Source: a virus (taxonomy: Duplodnaviria; Caudoviricetes). Taken from it: 64,000 nucleotides of DNA. Below are positions 51,750 to 61,273 of this stretch, piece after piece. The first letter of the stretch is position 1; the number at the start of each line of letters is the position of its first letter. The position numbers were made by a program, and so were the translations under genes. The stretch spans positions 1 through 64,000 of IMG/VR virus record IMGVR_UViG_3300009070_000001, one strand, 5' to 3'. The notes beneath the pieces are model-generated. The model searched no databases. It was not told where the DNA came from and worked only from the letters and a program-made list of their open reading frames with translations.

Positions 51750-52133
51750 ATGGCTTCGCAAATTGTTTCGGCCCCTCGCATGTATCACGGTAAACTTTCG
51801 AACGCGACCAGTATGCTTGAGCATTCCCGGCAAATGCAAATGAGAGGTTACGCTTCCCATGATCCGCTGGTGATTAAGCCTTTTGAGGAAGCACAAAAAC
51901 TCCTTGAGGAGGCTTGCACCGGGAACACCGCTCAGGAATTGCTAGGCTTGTGGGAGGCGAACCCTCTCGCCAGCAACCCACAGGAGCTAGATGCCTGGAG
52001 GCTGGAGGAAACGTTCCTGGTGCGTCTAGAACAGGTGGAACATGCCCGCCGCAGTCTAGCGGCGTCTGAAGCCAACCTGGCAGCAGTAACGGCCGAACGC
52101 CGCGCCCGATCCCTTCCCGGAGGTATGATCTAA
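51750..52133 (+). CDS. Hypothetical protein (GC-rich module)
   Basis: GGAG RBS; helical protein. Confidence 0.6.
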   Translation: MASQIVSAPRMYHGKLSNATSMLEHSRQMQMRGYASHDPLVIKPFEEAQKLLEEACTGNTAQELLGLWEANPLASNPQELDAWRLEETFLVRLEQVEHARRSLAASEANLAAVTAERRARSLPGGMI

Positions 52134-52529
52134 TGGTTTGCAGAAATCATCTTTCGCTTTGGCAACGAAACACCGTTTGCAATCAAATGATTTCCTTGCC
52201 TATGCTGGCCCCTCTTTGTCCGGTTTGGATTGAAGAGAGTTTCGAACTTCACAAATCCAGCGAAATTTCCCAAGAAGACCGCGAGGATTTGAAAGACAAG
52301 CCCGAAGCGCAGGTTCAAAAAATCCTGGAGCTACTTCAACCCGTTTAAGGCAAAATCAAAAATACTTCAACAACCGCTTAACTATTACCTCTAGGGTGAA
52401 ATCCAAGTTATTAAAAAACCATAACAGTTTTTCTTGACTCCTGGTTTTCAAATCGGTTATAAAAGAGAAGTAGCAAACAACGGCCACCGAAAAAACGGTA
52501 GGACCAAAGCTTAAAGGAGAAACACAATC

Positions 52530-53075
52530 ATGGCTAAGAGTATCAACGTAGAAACCGCTAACCTGCAGGGCCTGAGCATCGAGGAGTTGAACGTTCTCTT
52601 GAACCGCGTTCAGGAACTGCTTCCGACTCCCGCCGCCGATCCTTACCTTCAATTGGTTCCCGTCGCTTATGATACCCGCAAAACCACGGACCGGGAACAT
52701 TGGTTCCGGCTCCTCGGCAAGGAAGCGGTCTTGACTCAGAAACTCCTGTTTGACCTGGAGGGTGACGAACCCAAGGTGGTCGGCGCGAAACTCTTCGTCA
52801 ACGGCACCCTACGCGGCCATATCGAAAGCGAGGATCTGTCTGAGGTTGGCCACTACTCCACCTTGGTGAAAGCTTTCGACACGTGGAAGAACCACAAGCC
52901 CGCCGAAACCGAGGAATCCAATGTGGTGGGCATTCGTGGGCGTATGCCTTCGAAGGCAATCCGTGAACTGCTCGATCAAGGCAAGACCATTGCCGAGATC
53001 GCTGAAGCCACGGGGCGGCCCGAAGCCAGCATCGAAGCCTGGATCAAGAACCAGGAAGAGGCCGCCAGCGCCTAA
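52530..53075 (+). CDS. C-terminal HTH protein, paralog 3 of 3
   Basis: YDTRK..DREHWFRLLGKE...GAKLFVNG...RGRMPSKAIRELLDQGKTIAEIAEATGRPEASI; AAGGAG RBS; TTGACT/TATAAA promoter at 52434-52463. Confidence 0.8.
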   Translation: MAKSINVETANLQGLSIEELNVLLNRVQELLPTPAADPYLQLVPVAYDTRKTTDREHWFRLLGKEAVLTQKLLFDLEGDEPKVVGAKLFVNGTLRGHIESEDLSEVGHYSTLVKAFDTWKNHKPAETEESNVVGIRGRMPSKAIRELLDQGKTIAEIAEATGRPEASIEAWIKNQEEAASA

Positions 53076-54283
53076 GCTGGAGCTTTGAAACGGACCCTGG
53101 AAGCCAATGCTTGCGAAGCGCACAGAGGCCGAAGGGGTCTTTTTCCGTCCCGTCTGATAAGAAAGGAGCGAATCATGGGCACAATTTTAGAAAAGCAAAC
53201 CAGACTTTTCCAGGACCTTGCCCGCCGCCTTCCGGAGGAACCAAAACCTGTTTGGTGGATTATCCGAACTATTGGGGGCAATTTCTTTATAGGTATGGAT
53301 CATACCGGTCGTGCGGAATCATCTACGGATATAAAGGACGCTGCAACCTTCCAAACGGAACCTGATGCCCTCCAAATCGCACAGAATTTAGGCCCGGCTG
53401 TATGGAAAGTTCATAGGGTCGAGAACGGCGAACTTCAGCCCCTCTCTATAGAGGAGCAAATCGCACAGGGCACCCATTGGGTTATTGAAAACAACGCTGG
53501 TGCGTCCGCAAAGTCGTGAACGGAGAATTGCAAGATGAAAAAAGGCAAACCTAGATGGAAAGATGAGCCTTTTGGGTTTGGAACTTGGGGCGACTATGCT
53601 CAACGACAACGCCAGGCGCGCTACAATAAGAAAGTGAGGAAACGTCATGAGCTTAAGCAAAGAAAAACTCGAAACCGCTCGGAACAAGGCAATTGAAATT
53701 TGCTCTATTCTCAAGCTTGCCGGTGTCGAGCATAAGACCGGCGGAGAAGTCTCCTGGGAGGAGCATGCCTTAATTGACGCCTTAGAACTCTGTGACAGTC
53801 AGTCTAGGAGGAGCCATGCAACAGTTCGAAAACCTCGGCCTCGTGGAAGAAGCTGAACCCACCGAGGAACAGATCCAAGCAAGCTACGAAGCCCGAGCGG
53901 AAGCGGAACCTCTAGAACGCTGGGAGGCTCAAAAAATTGCTTCCGAATGGCATGACGGACAGGGAAGCGCCTTGTATTCCTTCGCTTCCACCAGTGAACT
54001 GGGCCATTTTTCTTTGCTGGCTTTCGAACTTGAAATCAACGCTTGTCTTAGATCAGGCTTGTCCCATGGTGGTCGAGAAGATATGAGCCTGCGTGAATTG
54101 CTAGTATTCATTCGTCAAAATCACCCCAGCAACCAAAACGAGAAATTCATTCTCCTGGATCCGTTTGAGAAATTTCTTCAGAATTTCGAAGGTGAATTCC
54201 AGACGGTAACAACCGTAAAGGGTATGCTGTTTCAGATCCGCGAGTATATCCGCATGAACACCTTGGAACAATAGGAGGCTAAC

Positions 54284-54516
54284 ATGAAAAACGATCTTTT
54301 GAAAAAAATTAACGCTGTAATTTTACTGAAAGAGGAGCTAGGAGAAGAAGATACTGGGGTTACCTAGAAAATATAGTAGAAAATTTCCTCTATGCATTGC
54401 GGGCGGATTTGCATGCTGAATTAGGTGCTGCTTCGTCCCTTGAGCAGGATATAGCTATATCTACGGCTCAAGGGTGTATAGCTCGGGTATTTGCTCGCTA
54501 TGGAGTTTTAGCATGA
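54284..54516 (+). pseudogene. Small gene with an apparent frameshift near 54350
   Basis: GGAGG RBS, MKNDLLKKINAVILLKEELGEE, then YWGYLENIVENFLYALRADL...RYGVLA* in a shifted frame. Confidence 0.5.
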
Positions 54517-54810
54517 ACAAACGAAGATTTGCCTACAGGCCAGGAACTGCATACTGGCGAGAGAAGCCGGCTACGGCTAAATACGTATGGACCAAGAAGG
54601 CTCAAAAGGCCGCTAGAAAGGACCAGAGAAAGTGAGCGAGAAACGCACCTGCTCCTGTGAGGTTGTTTTGGTGGAAGATTTGGAAAAACTTTTTGAATAT
54701 GATCAAAACTGGAAAAACATGCTCGGGAAAATGTCTTTCGACATGGTAAAAAGCCGGGTTATGGAATTCGTTAAAGCCAATACCTGGAAACACTAACGAA
54801 AAAAACTTCC

Positions 54811-54862
54811 CTGAGTTTCAGATTCACCACGTCCCCTTGACCATAGTTGAGGGGATTTTTTT
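54811..54862 (+). terminator. Operon-end motif copy 3 + terminator
   Basis: CTGAGTTTCAGATTCACC then TCCCCTTGA-ccatag-TTGAGGGGA-T-tract. Confidence 0.7.
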
Positions 54863-54921
54863 CTTTTCTTTTTAAAGGCCGTCCCAGCGGAAGAAATAAA
54901 CTTCGAAGCGGGCCGAGGAAC

Positions 54922-54943
54922 TCAAGACTCAAATCATTTAGGA
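54922..54943 (+). repeat. 22-bp direct repeat, copy 2
   Basis: TCAAGACTCAAATCATTTAGGA. Confidence 0.9.
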
Positions 54944-55078
54944 TTTGCTAAATTCAGCAATTATGAACTAATGAACTTCGAAATTGCGAAAAGCTGCAAT
55001 GCAGACTTGATGAATTGCGAAAAAGTTAAATGTTATGGAACCTTAACATTTTCGATTGACTTTCGCCCCCCTTGAGTA

Positions 55079-55115
55079 TGCTACTATAGAAGGGGGATCC
55101 GATCCTATAAAAAAA
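55079..55115 (+). repeat. 37-bp element, copy 2
   Basis: TGCTACTATAGAAGGGGGATCCGATCCTATAAAAAAA. Confidence 0.92.
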
Positions 55116-55327
55116 GGCCACGTTTGTTCACGTGGTCGAGTGTATACCAGTGAACGGATCGGCAGGTGAACGGTGTATACCGTCCCCAGTATACCGGCGC
55201 GGCGCGCCGCCTGTCTCCTACAGGCTCAAAAGAATTTTCCGTCGGGATTTTTCTGGATTTGTCAACTACAATTTTTCTGCTTGACAAACAGGCCTGTTCT
55301 CCTGTCCGAAAAACGCTTGACACCATG

Positions 55328-55364
55328 TGCTACTATAGAAGGGGGATCCGATCCTATAAAAAAA
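55328..55364 (+). repeat. 37-bp element, copy 3
   Basis: TGCTACTATAGAAGGGGGATCCGATCCTATAAAAAAA. Confidence 0.92.
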
Positions 55365-55416
55365 AAGCAGTGCCAAATGTTAACAAAATGTTAAAGTCAA
55401 GTATGGGTATAGAATT

Positions 55417-55648
55417 TTTTTTGTCAACAGTTTTTTGGCGATCATGGAAAAAAAATTTTGTCAAGTGAGGACATGGAAAGTTTTTTGTCAAGGATTATGC
55501 GGTAGATTGCATAATTTCGAAATATGCCTATACACAAATAACCGGTTTTGTCAAGCGAAGTTCACAATTTGTTAACATGCTCACGTTGGAGCATGGAACG
55601 ACACCGAACCGGTTTGTCAAGGCAGCACAAAAGAAAAACTTTGTCAAA
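55417..55648 (-). repeat. Cluster of six TTTGTCAA (reverse TTGACAAA) motifs
   Basis: Near 55420, 55457, 55483, 55547, 55613 and 55640. Confidence 0.75.
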
Positions 55649-56188
55649 TCAGGTGAACAAACTGCTATGCGGTTTCTAGGCCCTGTAGGGCCCTTTTTAG
55701 GCGTTCAGACCCCTGGCCGGTGTATTGGGTCCTAAACTTTTTTTGCGCAGGTCGGCTACATGTTTGTTCACTACTTTGCAGCACAAAGTGAACGTTTTTT
55801 GGGCAACCAGGACCCTTCGAGAAAACTCGCACCCTGTCCTCTCATGCAAATGTTAAGATTTTCCAACAAATATCCCCCGCCTTGCTGGCGGAATCCTCGC
55901 CGCGCCATGTTAATGTTTGTGAACACTTTTTTCTATGCCAAACGTCGGCAGGTTCTGGCACAAACGCAGGCCAAACCCGCATAAACACTACGTTCCCGAG
56001 CATGTAGGGTGCCGATACTGGCCGGATCTCATGAAAGAGCCGTGCTATAGTCGGAGTATGAGTAACGCAATAGAAACCGCCAAAGCCGCCGCCCGCCGCG
56101 CGCGCTTCGTCCTCGTTCCTGTGACCAAAGTCGAAGCCCCTCAAGAAGACGCGCTTCACATGGAAATTTTCCTCACCGGAGGTTTGAA

Positions 56189-56521
56189 ATGAGCATCCGC
56201 GCCGAGTTGACCAAAACCCGCACCCTCTCCGACAGTCAGGAAGGCTTCGCCGTTTTCCTCTTCGTGTCTCTCTACGCCGCCCTTGTGTTCGTTGCGCAGG
56301 TGGCTTTGCTCACTACGCCTGCTCCGCTTGCTTCCGACCTGTGGATCGGCTGTAAGCATACGCCTTCCCTCGAGCTTTGGATGTTGACCGAAGCCGCGCA
56401 CCGCGCTTCGCAGGCCTGGAACCTGCGGGTGATTGTAGAGGTTCCGGCCGTGTTCCTGGGTCTCACGTTCCTTGGCTTCGCCGCCATTAACGCAGGTATT
56501 TTCCGAAAGGTAGGACGTTAG
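56189..56521 (+). CDS. Two-TM membrane protein (GC-rich module)
   Basis: GGAGG RBS; two hydrophobic helices. Confidence 0.6.
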   Translation: MSIRAELTKTRTLSDSQEGFAVFLFVSLYAALVFVAQVALLTTPAPLASDLWIGCKHTPSLELWMLTEAAHRASQAWNLRVIVEVPAVFLGLTFLGFAAINAGIFRKVGR

Positions 56522-56523
56522 CC

Positions 56524-57060
56524 ATGATCGTCAAATCGAACTACCGCGCCGACAAGGCTAAACGCCTGCGCAAGAATGGCGGAAGCCTAATTGCCGAACT
56601 CTCGCTTATGCTCACGAAGCGCGAAGTTGCGCCTGTTTCCGCCATGCCTTCGGTTTGGGATTCCCCCGAATGTGACGAATTCGCGCCGAATTGGGAACGC
56701 GAATACCGCTTCGGCAATTTACAGCAAGACCTGTGCGTCATGATCGCTTCGGACGGATATCCTGCTTCTAAGGGTAAGATCTTGGAATGGCTCAATTCCG
56801 CTTCCGTCGCAGGTGTCACCCTCCAGGGATTTTCGTGGGAAAGCGAATTTGACCAGAATGCCGGAACCGAATTCCTGCAGGCTTCGGGCTTTGTTCCGCT
56901 CGGGAACCGCTTGGAAAGCGCCCATGCTTTGTGGGATTGGTTGCAGGATTCCGACAACGAGGAGGATCGCCAGCAAGGCTGTGACCTGTTCCGCGAGGAA
57001 TTGGTTTTGGCTTCCCGCGTGCGCCCCCACCGAAAAACCCGAAGGAGGATCTTCCGCTAA
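56524..57060 (+). CDS. Hypothetical protein (GC-rich module)
   Basis: Coupled to neighbouring genes; C-terminal L.DWLQD..E.R. Confidence 0.6.
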   Translation: MIVKSNYRADKAKRLRKNGGSLIAELSLMLTKREVAPVSAMPSVWDSPECDEFAPNWEREYRFGNLQQDLCVMIASDGYPASKGKILEWLNSASVAGVTLQGFSWESEFDQNAGTEFLQASGFVPLGNRLESAHALWDWLQDSDNEEDRQQGCDLFREELVLASRVRPHRKTRRRIFR

Positions 57061-57872
57061 TGTTCGCCGCTTGGAAAATCCCTCTCCCCCCGAACTTTGA
57101 CCTTTACCGCGAAACGACCGAACGGATCCAGGCCTATCATGCCGCGTTCGAATGGAACGAATTTTTCGCCGATTTCACCCAGGCCTTAAGCCTGTTCCCC
57201 ACCAAACTACCCGCTAGCACCGCACGAAAGGACCCTTCCGCCATGTCTAAGATTGAAACCGCATTTGCCCTTCTCACCGAATCCCGTAATGCCCATAATA
57301 CGGGTGAAGGCAAGCCAGGGATCATCCTCCTGGAGAACCAAGCAGAAGCCTTGTTTCGCCAGGAGCTAGGGCACACAGGAGCGGATTTTCTCCGCTCCGC
57401 CGGGATTCTGTCCCGGGACTTCCCTGGCAGGACCCTCGCTTCTTTGCCCGATGGTTCGCTTCGAAAGGCGCTTCTAGCCGCGAGCGAGGCGAAAGCCTGC
57501 TTATCGGGCCTGGGTATCGAGGAGGGAACGCAAGCAGGCTTCGTGAGCTTACGCAACCTGCTCAAAAGCCTGGGCAAAATCCCCGGGAGGACCCGCGAGA
57601 TTGCACCCTACTGCTACTCCCAGAACAAACCGAACGGCACCCGTGAAAGGTCGGCCGGAGCCGTGGCCTGGGTAATTCTCGAGCTTTACCGGAAGATCCC
57701 GGGTATCGGCCCAGGTTGGGCGCTAACGGATGAAGAAGCCTACCCGGCTTGCTCCTGGGCCGGGAAATGGGAACGCACGAAAGTCAGCAAGGAAATCGAG
57801 ACCATGGGAACAAAGAACTTTTGGGTTTTCGCCAATGCGGTTGCCGAAGCAGGCATGCTGGTGGCTAAGTGA
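57060..57872 (+). CDS. Hypothetical protein (GC-rich module)
   Basis: TAATG stop/start overlap; 270 aa. Confidence 0.55.
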   Translation: MFAAWKIPLPPNFDLYRETTERIQAYHAAFEWNEFFADFTQALSLFPTKLPASTARKDPSAMSKIETAFALLTESRNAHNTGEGKPGIILLENQAEALFRQELGHTGADFLRSAGILSRDFPGRTLASLPDGSLRKALLAASEAKACLSGLGIEEGTQAGFVSLRNLLKSLGKIPGRTREIAPYCYSQNKPNGTRERSAGAVAWVILELYRKIPGIGPGWALTDEEAYPACSWAGKWERTKVSKEIETMGTKNFWVFANAVAEAGMLVAK

Positions 57873-58526
57873 AATACCTCTATTGCCTTGTGGGGTATTT
57901 GAGCCCGGTGCGACCGGTTGCAGGGCTTTTCGCATAGACCGGAAAGCAGTGAAAGGCAAAGCGGTAGTTTGGTCCCTACAGGCCTGCCTAACCGGTAAAT
58001 TTGAGGAGGTTGAAATTTCGTGAAACTCTTGAACTTAGACCTGAGTCCCGAACGCTTGGCCAGCATGTCGAGCAAAGACCTGAATCGCGCCAAAGACATG
58101 GCTATCGAGTTGACGAATTTTCTCGACTGCCTTGCGACTGCGGCGGAATACCGCGAAGAAGGTGACGAGAAGGAAGCCTGCCGGTGTAAACGAGCGGCAG
58201 AACGTAAATTCATTCCCGTAAGAGAGGTTAGCTAGCGTGTCCGCTCAAGTGCATCCGATTCTGGCCCGCATTCATTCTGACATGTGGCGTAACCACGAAA
58301 TTAAACAACAGGTCATTTTGACCGTTCCCTTCGTCCCTCTCGTTTGGATCGAAATTTGCTCAATTCAGCAAAAGCCTTACACCTGCCCTTATGAAAAGAA
58401 GCAAAGGCCTGCTCGTATTGGCCTGTCCAAGGTAACAGCCTGCTTCGGTGGCACCGGCGGGCAGGCCTGGCATTATGTGACAATGGAAGGCCCGCGGTCT
58501 AAATCAAAGAAGGAGAACGCATAACC

Positions 58527-59069
58527 ATGGTAACCAAACAGGAAGCAATTAACCCGAGCGTTCGGGAATTTTACCACGTGTCGGATAAGCAGGCTGATGG
58601 GAAGACGCCTGTCAGGTGTAGGCGCAACGGACAAACCAAGGTTTGGAAAACTCGTCCTGATGAATTTCGTATCCCGGTGAAACAAGGCTTTTATGGACAG
58701 GGCTATATCACCCAGGCCAATGCCCACGAATGGGTCCCTGCGGACAAATGGGACGCTTATACTTCTTCCCGCACCGAGGTCCGTGATAACAGACTCACGG
58801 AAGCTCAGAAGCAGGTCGTTCTCTCCCAGCGCCAAACCCGCGCCTATTGGGCGGCCCGTGAAGCCCGCCTCCGTCGCGACCTGGATATCCAGGGTATCGA
58901 CCTAGATACCGCTTCCTACGAAGACTTGCCCCTGTGGGCAACCGAAGAAGATAACCTGATTCGGGCCGCCCGCCTCAACCTCATTCGCGAGGTCTCGGTC
59001 CTGGCCGTCAAGAATGACACCGACCTGTTCCTCGCGATTGTCAGGTATGCTAAGGCGGTTGCCAATTAA
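58527..59069 (+). CDS. Phage early-type hypothetical protein
   Basis: R.RRNGQTKVWKTRPDEFRIPVK.G.Y..GYIT motif; AAGGAG RBS. Confidence 0.65.
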   Translation: MVTKQEAINPSVREFYHVSDKQADGKTPVRCRRNGQTKVWKTRPDEFRIPVKQGFYGQGYITQANAHEWVPADKWDAYTSSRTEVRDNRLTEAQKQVVLSQRQTRAYWAAREARLRRDLDIQGIDLDTASYEDLPLWATEEDNLIRAARLNLIREVSVLAVKNDTDLFLAIVRYAKAVAN

Positions 59070-59171
59070 GGTGACCAAAGCAGGACGAGAACAGGCCGCC
59101 CTTCTGAGCGGATTGCTCATTTGATTTGCCCTTAAGAAAAGTAACCCACATTTCACAAATTAGCTCGCACG

Positions 59172-59209
59172 GGGAATTCCTAATTCGTTAATTTGAATTA
59201 GGAATTCCC
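59172..59209. repeat. Perfect 15-bp inverted repeat at the strand switch
   Basis: GGGAATTCCTAATTC-gttaattt-GAATTAGGAATTCCC. Confidence 0.85.
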
Positions 59210-59487
59210 ATTTTGATTTTGTCCCTAGAGAAAAATTCATTTTACCTGGGTTGAATCGAACTCAATTAGTCATTTCTAATTCGAAAATGAAAAAATCCCC
59301 TAGAGCAAAATGGAATTTTCAAATAGGACTAGGCAAATTTCCAATTTGCCGCAGTCAATCTCACATTTCGAATTGCACCCTGGGGGGGGGGTAATTAAAA
59401 GGAATTTTATTCAATTTTTGAGAAGCCTAAGCTATTTCAAATGATCATGATATATTATAGAGTTTTGTTCAACAATTGTTAGACTAT

Positions 59488-59895
59488 CTATATATAATCA
59501 CTTAAATACTGATTCCTATCGAGAATTACGTGTTTAAAGCTATTAGTTTCTCTCTCTAATAAAGCAGTTAACCATAATTCCCAATTAGAATCTACTAAAT
59601 CAATAAACTCTTTAGTATTTCCTCTAATTTGGTATCTATTTAGATAGATATCCTTATCTTCTTTACTAGGGTAAACCAAGAGAGAATTTATTTTTCTCTT
59701 TTCCAATTCGTCTAACACTAAATTATGGGTAGAACAGAAAACTGTATGTCCTTCTTTATCTAATTGCTCTATTTTATCTACATAATTAATAGGAAATTCT
59801 TTTGTTTTACTGCAATTTGAAGAGTCTAAATCTACTACGTGGTCTCTATTAGAGAGATAACTTTTTCCTATACCTGGAAATCCACAAATAATCAT
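59488..59895 (-). CDS. Small P-loop kinase-like protein
   Basis: N-terminal IICGFPGIGKS Walker A; DLDSS; RY..RGN. Confidence 0.8.
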   Translation of the reverse strand: MIICGFPGIGKSYLSNRDHVVDLDSSNCSKTKEFPINYVDKIEQLDKEGHTVFCSTHNLVLDELEKRKINSLLVYPSKEDKDIYLNRYQIRGNTKEFIDLVDSNWELWLTALLERETNSFKHVILDRNQYLSDYI

Positions 59896-59934
59896 TATTT
59901 TCTCCTAGTTTAGATTTTTGTTGAACTTGCTTTA

Positions 59935-60339
59935 TTAATAGTCGTATCCGGGAGCGAATACCAATGTCCAATTGCTATCACCAAATTCTTTTACCCAATT
60001 AGCTATTCTTTTAAATCCATAACAAGGCTTCACTTCTTCCCCTGTTACCTCGTTAAAAGCATATCCGAAATCATACCAGTGTCTATCACTACTGGTAAAT
60101 AACTCAATATATTTATTTCTGTCTTCTTCCAAATACCAGGTCCATTTAGGGAACACAACATGCTCCTCATTTACACTATTAGCATGGGCTATAATTAATT
60201 CTCCTGAATACTTGTGCTTATTCTCTTGTATCCATTCCTCTGCTAAAGGTTTATGTCCGAAGTTAGGACTTAATGCTCTACCGGTAACTCTACTCCAAAC
60301 AACATAGTAGTAAATATTTCTTTCACCAAATTGGAACAT
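59935..60339 (-). CDS. Hypothetical protein
   Basis: GGAG RBS; 134 aa. Confidence 0.6.
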   Translation of the reverse strand: MFQFGERNIYYYVVWSRVTGRALSPNFGHKPLAEEWIQENKHKYSGELIIAHANSVNEEHVVFPKWTWYLEEDRNKYIELFTSSDRHWYDFGYAFNEVTGEEVKPCYGFKRIANWVKEFGDSNWTLVFAPGYDY

Positions 60340-61273
60340 ATTCAGCTCCCACTTCCTTAATCATGATCATGATATATTACACATAATGAGTGTTCAACAA
60401 GTGTATTACCTATATTTAAATCCGTTTCTTATAAACATAATTACAAATTTTACCACAAAACAAATCTTTTCTAGAATTTCTCTCATAGCTTCATTAATTT
60501 CATCGTAAGTCATTTTGAAATTTTATTTCCTTTTTACAAATCTGTTAATTTTAACTTAAATATGCTTTTTATAAGGTATTGTTATAACATTTATGTTAGT
60601 GTATAAGCTCTAATATATTCTAATGTCTCTAAATTTCTATATAACTTAAAATATAGAAATTTAATTACTTTACAATTAGAAATTCCACATAAACAATCGT
60701 CATAACCCAACCAAACCTCTACTGTGTTTTGTTTCAATGTAAAAAATCTGTTTTTTGGTTTTTCTTTATAAGAAATTACAAATACGTTAGTTCTTTTTTC
60801 TACAGTATCGAGATATTCCCAATTAGGCTTAAATACTTCTATCTCTTTAGCAGCTTTTTTTAAAATAAACCATAATTCAGAACTCACGACTAAATTCCAT
60901 TTTCCATGACGTAATATTTAACTAAAAAATGTGCAGTATTTTTACCAAATGTCTTTTCAATTATGTTGAAATACAATTCTTTTAATAAAGAATTTTTAGT
61001 ATTTCTAAAAAGAACTAAAATTTTTAATGAGGAATAAATGTAACTATGTTCAGACATTTATGTCTAAATCCGGATCTAATAAATTTTCTTTATTGGCAAA
61101 ATCATAATTACTCATATACATTACGCATTCTCCGTCTACCCAGGAACGTAATAGAACTTTTTCATACATATTAGTATCTATTGTAAATATATTTAGCAAG
61201 TTTGCCTTCATTAGGTCCATACCAACTTGTAGACCACCCTTCACTAGTTCCTGTATGCTCTAATGTATAGAAT

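Noticed and set aside
50503-55364. CRISPR array from the 32-bp and 37-bp repeats
   Set aside because: Only 2-3 copies, separated by about 210-4400 bp rather than 30-40-bp spacers; no cas genes.
51315-59156. Numerous minus-strand and alternative-frame ORFs in the GC-rich module
   Set aside because: Shadow ORFs expected at higher GC; the plus-strand genes have RBSs and coupled stops/starts.
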